Assembly: GCA_049694695.1 (NCBI GenBank)
Contig: JBAVRE010000352.1
Span: 1-49,591, forward strand
Reading direction: 5' to 3'
Origin: Steroidobacteraceae bacterium
GTDB lineage: Bacteria > Pseudomonadota > Gammaproteobacteria > Steroidobacterales > Steroidobacteraceae
DNA: 49,591 nt
Shown here piece by piece: positions 1-7,999 of this stretch (its first letter is position 1; each line of letters opens with the position of its first letter). The position numbers and the translations under genes are program-made. Below the pieces are notes generated by a model. The model did not search any database. It was given only the letters and a program-made list of their open reading frames with translations, and was not told where the DNA came from.

Positions 1-552
1 ATAGGCATGGCGGCACGCGTGACGCTGCCGGCGCTCGCCGATCCCAACCTGGCCTTTGCCGGTGTCGTCCAGGCGACTTTGCCGGACGGAATCCGCGGCC
101 TGGTGGTTGCGGCGGCCCTCGCGGCGATGATGTCGACGGCCAGCGCAACCCTGATGGCAGCCGCGACCACGTTCGCCGAAGATGTGTTGCCCAGGCTGCA
201 GGGCAGGAGAGCGACACTGCTGGCGGATAGACTCAGCACTCTGGCGATGGGTGCCGTCAGCCTGGTCATTTCACTGGCGCTCAGCGATGTATTCAAGCCG
301 CTGACCATCGCCTATGACCTATTGGTCGGCTCGATACTCGTGCCAATTGTCGGCGCCATCTATTGGCAGCGAGCCACCACACGGGCTGCCATTGCCAGCA
401 TCGCTGTCAGCGCCGGGGTCACGAGCTTCTTTCTTGCGAAAGATGGCCTCGACGCCAACACACCGATCTTCTTCGGGCTGGGTTCCAGTCTGCTGGTGTT
501 TTGCGGCGTCAGCGTCCTGGGCTCCCACACTTCGACCAGGGCTCAGGGGTGA
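1..552 (+). CDS. sodium:solute symporter (SSS family), C-terminal fragment; the 5' end lies outside the window
   Basis: Frame 1 is open from the window edge to the TGA at 550-552. The product is hydrophobic and multi-helix (AAALAAMMSTASATLMAAATTFAEDV...), which resembles the C-terminal part of SSS transporters. Confidence 0.7.
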   Translation: MGMAARVTLPALADPNLAFAGVVQATLPDGIRGLVVAAALAAMMSTASATLMAAATTFAEDVLPRLQGRRATLLADRLSTLAMGAVSLVISLALSDVFKPLTIAYDLLVGSILVPIVGAIYWQRATTRAAIASIAVSAGVTSFFLAKDGLDANTPIFFGLGSSLLVFCGVSVLGSHTSTRAQG

Positions 553-2705
553 TAGCTGCGCTCCGCATGAGCCTGCACGTCGGCAGGATAGAACAGCACA
601 TCGCGAAATTTCCCTTCGCTGAACATCAGGGCCTGGTCGGTGAAATGTGGCGACTTGGGATCACCGCTTTGACCACCGCTCATGATGGCTTTGGCGTGAA
701 TGGTTGGGCCAAATTCCACTGCCGCGACAAAGCTGTTGCCCACTGAACCGTAGATCTTCCTGGTAGTGCGCGGCCTGGACCAGTCGAATGAGGCCAGCGC
801 ACCCCATTGCGAGGGCGCAAAACCCACGGGCAGGCTGGGTTTGGCATCATCGAAAGGCTGCACAATGTCGTCGGTGAGCCGTTGGAAGCGGTTGATCTCG
901 CCCCACGGCACCTGCCAGCGGCCGAAGTCGCGCTGCAGGGTGTCGAGCGCCGCGCCCAGTGCATCGATCCGCTCAGCATCGCTAAGTCGTCCCACCAGGT
1001 AATCATAGACCGGCTCGTCGGCATCGCGCGCCTCTTGGCCTTTGCGCTCCACCAAGGCCTGGCCCCAGTAGATCGCGACCGCGGTGGGCACCGAATCCCT
1101 GGCAGTGCGTCGATCCCAGCCGCGCAGGCTGGCGATCGCGCCGGCGAGCGCAGGGCGCCGTGGATCGTCCGTGGCCAATGCATCAAAGGCCGAAAACAGC
1201 GGCGGCAACAGCGCCTCGAAACCGGTCAGGTGGCCGTCGTAGGCAGCAGCGATCAGGCTGTCCAGGGTCACGTTGTGAATGTCCTGCAGCATCTCGACCG
1301 CATGCAGGCCACGCGGATTCTCTCCCTTGGTCCACATGTAGGCCGGGTAGTTCTCGCGCTTCGGGCTCGTGGCGCCGGCTGCGGAAAACGGCCAGTTGTT
1401 GGTGTTCATGATCCAGCCATTGGCCGGATTGAGCAGGGTGATGGTGTCTTCGATGGCGTGCGCACCCTGCCATTCGGTCGCCGGGTTGCTGCCGTCCACC
1501 GGGCGGGTGAAATCAAATTTCGGATCACGCCTGGGAATGAAGTTGCCGTGAAAATAGGCGATGCTGCCGTCGCTGTCGGCATAGACGGTGTTGTTGGAGG
1601 TGTCGGTGCGCAGCTCCTGGGTCTTGCGAAACGAGGCATAGTCTGTGGTCTTGGTGCGCAGGTACGATTGTTCCAGCGCCGGCACCGGATCCTGCAGCAG
1701 CCTGATCGCGATCCACTTGCCGTTGTCGGCGCGGATGATCGGCCCGTGATGGCTGTGATACACGGTGAAGTCGCGCGACACCAGCTTGCCGTCCTGCCTG
1801 AAGGGGATGGCGAGGTGCGTGACTTTCAGCGCTCGCAGCTGCTCGCCATACCTGTAGAAAAGCCGACCGGATTTATTGACGATGGTTTCGGCATATTCAT
1901 CGATCGCATCGCCGCCGTAGGAAGTGTGCATCCAGCCATTGTGCGCATTGAATCCCTGGTAGATGAAGAACTGTCCCCAGGTCGCGGCGCCGTAGACGTT
2001 CAACCCCTGCTGGCTGACCATCTGCAGTTCAGAGCGAAAATAATACGAGGTGTGGGGATTGATCCACAGCAGGGCGTGGCCCGAGGCGCTGCGGCTCGGT
2101 GCAATGGCGAAGCCGTTGGAGCCACCCGGCGGGGGCTTCGGCGCCGCGGGCACAAGCGTAGCGAGCTTTGCGCCGGGAGCGTAGAACTCGCGCAGCTTGC
2201 CCAGGTCCACGCTCTCGATATCGCCGCCGATGCTGCCTTCGGTGAAGGACAACGCCATCCAGGGTTCGAAATGGTGAATGACCCTGGGCCGAACCCCGGG
2301 ATGCCTGAAGAGAAAGTAATTGAGGCCATCCGCCCAGGCGTCCATCAGGCTCTTGAGCCAGGCGGGACTGGTGGCATAGAGCCGCTGCAGGCGAGCGCTG
2401 TCGACAAACAGTCTGGCGCGCAGATCGCTGTACAGGGCGGATTCCCCCTCCGCCTGCGCCAGCCAGCCCAGACCGTTGAGATAGTTGCGCTCGATGCGAT
2501 TGAAATCATCTTCAGCCTGCGAGTAGATCGCGCCGAACACGGTATCCGCGTCCGACTTGCCGTAGACATGGGCGATGCCCCAGTTGTCGCGCACGATGTT
2601 GACATCCGCCGCGTGCTGTTGCCAGCGGTCAGCCTGGGCGCTGCCCGGCGCAGCTGCGGCGTGCGCGACGTCAAGGCAAAAGAGCGCGATCAGGAAGACT
2701 TTCAT
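543..2705 (-). CDS. penicillin amidase / acyl-homoserine-lactone acylase family Ntn-hydrolase (peptidase S45), secreted
   Basis: The ORF is 728 aa long. The internal ATG at 2703-2705 is preceded by GGAG and opens a signal peptide (MKVFLIALFCLDVAHAAAA). GGSNGFAIAP fits the Ser-Asn nucleophile context of S45 acylases (PvdQ/QuiP/PGA-like). Confidence 0.85.
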   Translation of the reverse strand: MKVFLIALFCLDVAHAAAAPGSAQADRWQQHAADVNIVRDNWGIAHVYGKSDADTVFGAIYSQAEDDFNRIERNYLNGLGWLAQAEGESALYSDLRARLFVDSARLQRLYATSPAWLKSLMDAWADGLNYFLFRHPGVRPRVIHHFEPWMALSFTEGSIGGDIESVDLGKLREFYAPGAKLATLVPAAPKPPPGGSNGFAIAPSRSASGHALLWINPHTSYYFRSELQMVSQQGLNVYGAATWGQFFIYQGFNAHNGWMHTSYGGDAIDEYAETIVNKSGRLFYRYGEQLRALKVTHLAIPFRQDGKLVSRDFTVYHSHHGPIIRADNGKWIAIRLLQDPVPALEQSYLRTKTTDYASFRKTQELRTDTSNNTVYADSDGSIAYFHGNFIPRRDPKFDFTRPVDGSNPATEWQGAHAIEDTITLLNPANGWIMNTNNWPFSAAGATSPKRENYPAYMWTKGENPRGLHAVEMLQDIHNVTLDSLIAAAYDGHLTGFEALLPPLFSAFDALATDDPRRPALAGAIASLRGWDRRTARDSVPTAVAIYWGQALVERKGQEARDADEPVYDYLVGRLSDAERIDALGAALDTLQRDFGRWQVPWGEINRFQRLTDDIVQPFDDAKPSLPVGFAPSQWGALASFDWSRPRTTRKIYGSVGNSFVAAVEFGPTIHAKAIMSGGQSGDPKSPHFTDQALMFSEGKFRDVLFYPADVQAHAERSYHP

Positions 2706-2828
2706 TCCAAGGTCTCCGGGGCGTAGCATCGAGGCGTGCGGTGGCAGTCTACCCGCGTGAGACGGGAAGGCAAGACGCCGTAGAATTCATACAGCAATTG
2801 TGCGTTCTATATAGCGAGGGCCACTGCG

Positions 2829-3326
2829 ATGATCAGAACTACGTTTGCCTTGATTGCCGGGATGCTGTTTACGCTGGTCGCGTCGGCTGCTACCCCGACT
2901 GCTGCCACGACTGCTGCGCCAGGAGATCCGATGGTGCCGATCCGCCAGTTCATTGACGGCTTCAACGCCGGCGACACCAAAACGGCCTATGCGGCTTACG
3001 CCGCCGGCGATATCGCCATTGTCGACGAGTTTGCACCACATCGCTGGCTGGGCCGGAGCGCGCCAATGAACTGGGCCGCGGACTTCGACAAGCACGCCGC
3101 CGCCTTCGGCGTATCCGGGGGGCTGGTCAAGTATGGTGAGCCGACCCGTACCGAGATCAGCGGCAAGTCCGCCTATGTGATCATCCCAACCGTCTACTCC
3201 TATAAGGATCACGGCAAGCCGACCGTGGAAGAGGGGCAGATGACCTACGTGCTGCGCAGTGGCGCCAACGGCTGGAAGATCACTGCCTGGACCTGGACCG
3301 GAGTCAAGCCGCACGCTCCAAAATAG
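2829..3326 (+). CDS. secreted SnoaL-like / NTF2-fold (DUF4440-like) protein
   Basis: The product is 165 aa with a signal peptide (MIRTTFALIAGMLFTLVASAA). The motif FIDGFNAGD...W.ITAW is typical of NTF2-like domains. GC3 is high. Confidence 0.6.
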   Translation: MIRTTFALIAGMLFTLVASAATPTAATTAAPGDPMVPIRQFIDGFNAGDTKTAYAAYAAGDIAIVDEFAPHRWLGRSAPMNWAADFDKHAAAFGVSGGLVKYGEPTRTEISGKSAYVIIPTVYSYKDHGKPTVEEGQMTYVLRSGANGWKITAWTWTGVKPHAPK

Positions 3327-3333
3327 CCGTGCA

Positions 3334-5313
3334 ATGAGCGCGTCGCAGCCGACTGCCCTGGCCGAAGCGCTCCGCAACGCGCACGCCTTGCTGCGCACTG
3401 GCCGCGCTGCCAGCGCCGAGCGCCTGCTGCGCTCGCTCGCGGGGCAGTTCCCGGGGGACGTGAACTGCCTGTGGCTGCTCGGCGCAGCGCTGCTGGATCA
3501 GGACAGGATCGCTGAGAGCATTGCGACGCTTGAAGCTGTGCTGGCTGGCGCACCCGAATTTGCCAATGCGCGCGTCGATCTGGCGCGCGCCTACCGATCC
3601 AGCGGCCAGGCCGCGCGAGCGCGCACGGAGGTGCGGCGGGTGCTGGAGAAGACACCGCACCACCATCTCGCCTGGCTGGCCTACGGCGATGCGCTGGTCG
3701 ATCTCGAGCAGTATGCGGATGCGCGTGTGGCCTTCGAGCGGGCGCGACTGTGTGATCCGCAGCGCCGGCAGGTGGAGGCAGCAACGGCCGCGCTGGTCGC
3801 GGACGATCGGGAAGCCTCCGAGCGCACTTTTCGGGACATCCTGCAGACCGACCCGAGTCATGTGGCGGCGCTGTGCGGCCTGGCGGCGCTGTCACTTGCG
3901 GCCGACAAGCCCGACGATGCCGAACGGCTGCTGCGCCATGCCCTGAAGCAGTCCACCTCCATTCCGCTCGCGTGGCGCGGGCTGGTGCAGGTCCTCATGG
4001 CGCTCGGACACCTTAGCGAAGCGCAAGCTGCTGCCCGCCGGCTGCTGAAGATCGAACCGGAAAACCCACAGAGCTGGATCACGATCGCCGCCGTCGCGAC
4101 CCGGCTGCTGCGCCAGGAGGAAGCGCTCGAAGCCTATCAACAGGCGGCGCGGCTCAAGCCTGAAGAGGTGCAGCTGCAAATGTCCATCGGCCACGTGCAC
4201 AAGACGCTCGGTCGGCGCGCCGCGAGCGAGGCCGCCTACAAGGCGGCGCTGACCATGGATCCACGAACTGCCGAGGCCTACTGGAGCCTTGCGGATCTCA
4301 AGAATTACCTGTTCAGCGATAGCGAGATTGCTGCCATGCGGCAGCTTCTCGATCACACCGGGCTTGAGCGCGCATCAGCGGCGCAGCTGCATTTCGCACT
4401 GGGCAAGGCCTGCGAACAACGCGCACAATACGCCACGGCATTTGGCCATTACGCTCGTGGCAACGCGCTGCGGCGGCTCGATGCGCCGTTCGACATTGAA
4501 CATTTCGAGCGCCGCACGGCGCGCATCCGCGCGTTCTTTGATGCCGCGTTCTTTGCCAGGCTCGCCGGCAGCGGCGATCAGAGTGCCGCGCCGATCTTCA
4601 TCGTCGGCCTGCCGCGCTCCGGTTCCACGCTGGTGGAGCAGATCCTCGCCAGTCACTCGCGCGTGGAGGGCACCATGGAACTGCCCAACATCATCAGCAT
4701 CACGCACCAGTTCGACGACCTGCTCGCCAGCCGCGACGGCTATCCCGCGACGGTGGGCACCGCTCCGCTGGAAGCATTCGCCGCACTCGGCAGCCGTTAC
4801 CTGGAGGAAACCGCGGCGCTGCGCACCGGGCGCGAGCACTTCACCGACAAGCTGCCCAACAACTTCAGCCATGTCGGGCTCATCCACGCCATGCTGCCGC
4901 GCGCGACCATCATCGATGCGCGCCGTCACCCCATGGACTCCTGCTTCAGCGTCTTCAAGCAGCATTTCGCCGAAGGACAGAGCTTCAGCTACGATCTTGA
5001 GGATCTCGGCCGTTACTACCGCTGTTATCTTTCTCTCATGGCCCACTGGGACGCGGTATTGCCGGGCAAGGTGCTGCACTTTCAGTACGAACAGCTGGTG
5101 AGCGATCCGGAGACGAATATCCGCCGGCTGCTGGAACACTGCCGGCTGCCCTTTGAACCGGCGTGCCTGTCATTTCACGAAACGCGGCGCTCGGTGCGCA
5201 CGGCCAGCGCTGAACAGGTGCGCCAGCCGCTCTACACTTCGGGCGTTGGCTACTGGCGCCATTTCGAAAGCGAGCTCGAACCCCTGCGCCTTGCCCTCGG
5301 CGACTGCCTTTGA
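3334..5313 (+). CDS. TPR-repeat-containing sulfotransferase family protein (cytoplasmic)
   Basis: I chose the start at ATG 3334 (MSASQPT...), 7 nt after the preceding stop. The N-terminal half has repeated TPR-like A/L/Y helices. The C-terminal half carries PAPS-binding motifs: GLPRSGSTL (4612-4629) and RRHPMDS (4921-4941). There is no signal peptide. Confidence 0.85.
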   Translation: MSASQPTALAEALRNAHALLRTGRAASAERLLRSLAGQFPGDVNCLWLLGAALLDQDRIAESIATLEAVLAGAPEFANARVDLARAYRSSGQAARARTEVRRVLEKTPHHHLAWLAYGDALVDLEQYADARVAFERARLCDPQRRQVEAATAALVADDREASERTFRDILQTDPSHVAALCGLAALSLAADKPDDAERLLRHALKQSTSIPLAWRGLVQVLMALGHLSEAQAAARRLLKIEPENPQSWITIAAVATRLLRQEEALEAYQQAARLKPEEVQLQMSIGHVHKTLGRRAASEAAYKAALTMDPRTAEAYWSLADLKNYLFSDSEIAAMRQLLDHTGLERASAAQLHFALGKACEQRAQYATAFGHYARGNALRRLDAPFDIEHFERRTARIRAFFDAAFFARLAGSGDQSAAPIFIVGLPRSGSTLVEQILASHSRVEGTMELPNIISITHQFDDLLASRDGYPATVGTAPLEAFAALGSRYLEETAALRTGREHFTDKLPNNFSHVGLIHAMLPRATIIDARRHPMDSCFSVFKQHFAEGQSFSYDLEDLGRYYRCYLSLMAHWDAVLPGKVLHFQYEQLVSDPETNIRRLLEHCRLPFEPACLSFHETRRSVRTASAEQVRQPLYTSGVGYWRHFESELEPLRLALGDCL

Positions 5314-5378
5314 ACAAAGGTTGACGCCCCACGCCCGCCCGCAGGATGATGCCAACACGCCCTCCATGGAGTTCGCCG

Positions 5379-7814
5379 ATGCGCACACGTAGCAGGAATC
5401 ATGCGGCAGCGAATCTGCGCCAGGCGCCAGCCAGGGCGCAGCCGGAGGCTGGTTCGGCGATCGCACTGGCGGTAGCCGCGGCGATTGCGGGTCTTACCGT
5501 GCCGGGCGCGCCGTTGCTGGCGGCAGAAGCAGAAGCTTCTGCGTCCGATGGTCTCGAGGTGATCATCGTGACGGCGCGCAAGCGCTCGGAAAACCTGCAG
5601 GACGTGCCGGTAAGCATTGATGTGCTGTCGAAGAAGGACCTGAGCCACCTCGCAATCGAGGGATTCGAAGACTACGCTGAGAAGGTGCCGTCGATTTCCT
5701 TCATAAGCGCAGGCCCGGGCACGCAGTTCCTGGTAGTGCGCGGCGTGGCCGATGGCAGCAATCCGACCTACTCCAATTCTTCGGCAACCGGATTTTTCGT
5801 GGATGATATGTCGACCAGCTGGGCCGGCACGCAGCCGGACCTGCATCTGTACGATATCGAGCGTATCGAAGTGCTCAATGGCCCGCAGGGTACGACCTTT
5901 GGCGCGGGTTCCATGGCCGGCGCCGTGCGCTATCTGACCAACAAGCCGGACGTGGATGCCTTCAGCGCCGGCGTCGACTTCAGTGGCGGCGCGATCAAGG
6001 ATGGCGGGGAAAACTGGACCTATGAAGGGTTTCTGAACGCCCCGATCATTCCAGGCAAGCTCGCCGTGCGCATATCGGCCTTCAGCGATTCCCATGGTGG
6101 CTTCATCGATAACCGTCTCAAGACCCGCACCTGGGTCAATGGCGCCGTGTCGGACAACGCCGCCTGGGCGCGCAAGGATTACAACCGCGAACATGCTGAG
6201 GGCGGTCGCATCGCCCTGCGTGCGGTGTTGAACGATAACTGGAGTGGCACGCTCACCTATGGCTTCCAGCGCCAGAACGTCCTGGGCGCCTGGGACGAGG
6301 ATCCGAATCTGCCTTCCCGGACCGTCGAGCGCTTTGGCCCGGAGAGCAACCGTTTCCAGGCCAAGATGCTCGATTTTCACGTGGACGGCGATGTCGGCGT
6401 TGCGGATCTGGTGTTCGCGAGCACCTACTGGTCGCTGCCCCGGCGCCAGCAGAACGAATACTCGCAGTACATCGAGAACTATCAGGGTGGTGCCAACGAG
6501 GGCGTTACCTGCGCGAACGACCCCGTCTACGGTACCGGGCCCTATACTGACTGCGCTGTACCAATCCAGTACTACGAATATCACACCAACCCGGAGCGCT
6601 GGTCCAATGAGCTGCGGCTCATCTCCAAACCGGGCGGGCGCTTCCACTGGCTCGCCGGCCTGTACTCGGAGAAGACGCGCGACAAGAATTCCGGAAGCAC
6701 TTTCTATATGCCGGGCCTGCGGACCGACAGCCCTGCGTTTCAGTATTACAATTACTACAGCGGCACGGCCCCGGGCTTCACCTCACTGCCGCCCGGTGTG
6801 TGGTACGGCTACCAGACACGCACCGATTATCTGCAGACCACCGAGTTTGCCAATATCAGTTTCGATATCACTGACAAATTCAACGTCGAAGCAGGGGCCG
6901 TACACTTCAAGTCCGATTTCAGCTACTACAGCCCCTATGGCCAGTTCGCCTACGTGGATACCAGCCCGGGCCTGAATAAGGGTTCATCGAAGAAATGGAA
7001 TGGCAAGTTCGGCGCCAACTATAAGTTCTCGAACTCGCTGATGCTCTATGCCAACTTAGCGCAGGGGTTCCGCGACGGCGGCACCAATTCCGGGTATCCG
7101 CAATCGTGCTACGACAGCGGCGTGCCGGCGAGCTACGTGCCCGACACGCTCAACAATTACGAACTCGGCTGGAAGTCGACGACCCTGGGGGGCCACCTGA
7201 TCTGGAACGGTGCCGCCTACCTGATGAAATGGAAGCAGCTGCAGACCCTTATCTATGACGTCGACATCTGTGCGCCGAGCAGTTTCAACGTCAACGTCGG
7301 CGATGCCCGAATCGAGGGTGTTGAATCCAACGTCGATTACAAGCTTAACGATCACTGGTCAGTACAGGCCTCCGGCAGCTACACCGATTCACATCTGACT
7401 TCGAGTCCCTACGCCGCATTTCAGGCCAACGTCGGCGAGCGGCTGCCGTTCGTGCCGTACTTCAACTGGAGTTGGAACCTGCGCTACCAGCTTAACCTGG
7501 GCGCGGGCCTGCGCGGCTACGCGCAGCTGGACATGGCGCACAAGGGCGGCATGTGGAATGACCTGCATGTCGAAGGTTCGCACGGCTTTCCACGCATCCT
7601 GCAGCCAGGCTACAGCGTCACCAACCTGCGCTTCGGGTTGAACCCCGCAGGGGGCCGCTGGCTGGCCGAACTCTTCGTCACCAACATCGCCGACAAGAAT
7701 GCGATTGTCTACAGCAATACCTTCAACTTCGATCTGCGCCAGACGACCAATGAGCCGCGCGTGGTCGGCCTGCGGCTCAACTATCGCTTTGGCAAGGAAA
7801 CCAATTCGGAATAG
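5379..7814 (+). CDS. TonB-dependent outer-membrane receptor
   Basis: ATG 5379 is preceded by GGAG. The product has a signal peptide and a plug region (LEVIIVTARKRSENLQDVPVSI, IERIEVLNGPQGT). The beta-barrel ends in the terminal aromatic motif (LRLNYRF). Confidence 0.9.
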   Translation: MRTRSRNHAAANLRQAPARAQPEAGSAIALAVAAAIAGLTVPGAPLLAAEAEASASDGLEVIIVTARKRSENLQDVPVSIDVLSKKDLSHLAIEGFEDYAEKVPSISFISAGPGTQFLVVRGVADGSNPTYSNSSATGFFVDDMSTSWAGTQPDLHLYDIERIEVLNGPQGTTFGAGSMAGAVRYLTNKPDVDAFSAGVDFSGGAIKDGGENWTYEGFLNAPIIPGKLAVRISAFSDSHGGFIDNRLKTRTWVNGAVSDNAAWARKDYNREHAEGGRIALRAVLNDNWSGTLTYGFQRQNVLGAWDEDPNLPSRTVERFGPESNRFQAKMLDFHVDGDVGVADLVFASTYWSLPRRQQNEYSQYIENYQGGANEGVTCANDPVYGTGPYTDCAVPIQYYEYHTNPERWSNELRLISKPGGRFHWLAGLYSEKTRDKNSGSTFYMPGLRTDSPAFQYYNYYSGTAPGFTSLPPGVWYGYQTRTDYLQTTEFANISFDITDKFNVEAGAVHFKSDFSYYSPYGQFAYVDTSPGLNKGSSKKWNGKFGANYKFSNSLMLYANLAQGFRDGGTNSGYPQSCYDSGVPASYVPDTLNNYELGWKSTTLGGHLIWNGAAYLMKWKQLQTLIYDVDICAPSSFNVNVGDARIEGVESNVDYKLNDHWSVQASGSYTDSHLTSSPYAAFQANVGERLPFVPYFNWSWNLRYQLNLGAGLRGYAQLDMAHKGGMWNDLHVEGSHGFPRILQPGYSVTNLRFGLNPAGGRWLAELFVTNIADKNAIVYSNTFNFDLRQTTNEPRVVGLRLNYRFGKETNSE

Positions 7815-7827
7815 CGCGCAGTGCCCT

Positions 7828-7947
7828 TCAGGCGCCCTGCATGAAGCCGCGATTCGCCTTTTTTTCCTTCTTGGCGGCGCGCTTCTCAACCAGAGTCTTG
7901 GCCGGCTTCTTCTTGGCTTCTTTCTTGCGATCCATGCCCTTGCTCAT
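7828..7947 (-). CDS. small lysine-rich basic protein, 39 aa (absent from the supplied ORF track)
   Basis: My hand translation gives MSKGMDRKKEAKKKPAKTLVEKRAAKKEKKANRGFMQGA. An AGGAG sits 8 nt upstream of the ATG at 7945-7947. The ORF fills the TBDR/DUF5916 spacer. Confidence 0.45.
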   Translation of the reverse strand: MSKGMDRKKEAKKKPAKTLVEKRAAKKEKKANRGFMQGA

Positions 7948-7999
7948 GTCGATTGCTCCTGGATAGTGCACTGCTGACCAGCGCGTATTCTACTCTCCA

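Noticed and set aside
543-2705. Calling the acylase a beta-lactam resistance or quorum-quenching determinant.
   Set aside because: The sequence supports only family membership (S45 Ntn-hydrolase). Substrate specificity cannot be inferred from it.
807-2726. A 639-aa ORF on the plus strand, opposite the acylase gene.
   Set aside because: It is a shadow ORF typical of GC-rich DNA. The product is Arg/Ala/Gly/Val-rich and low-complexity, with no recognisable motifs. The opposite strand encodes a full-length, motif-bearing S45 acylase.
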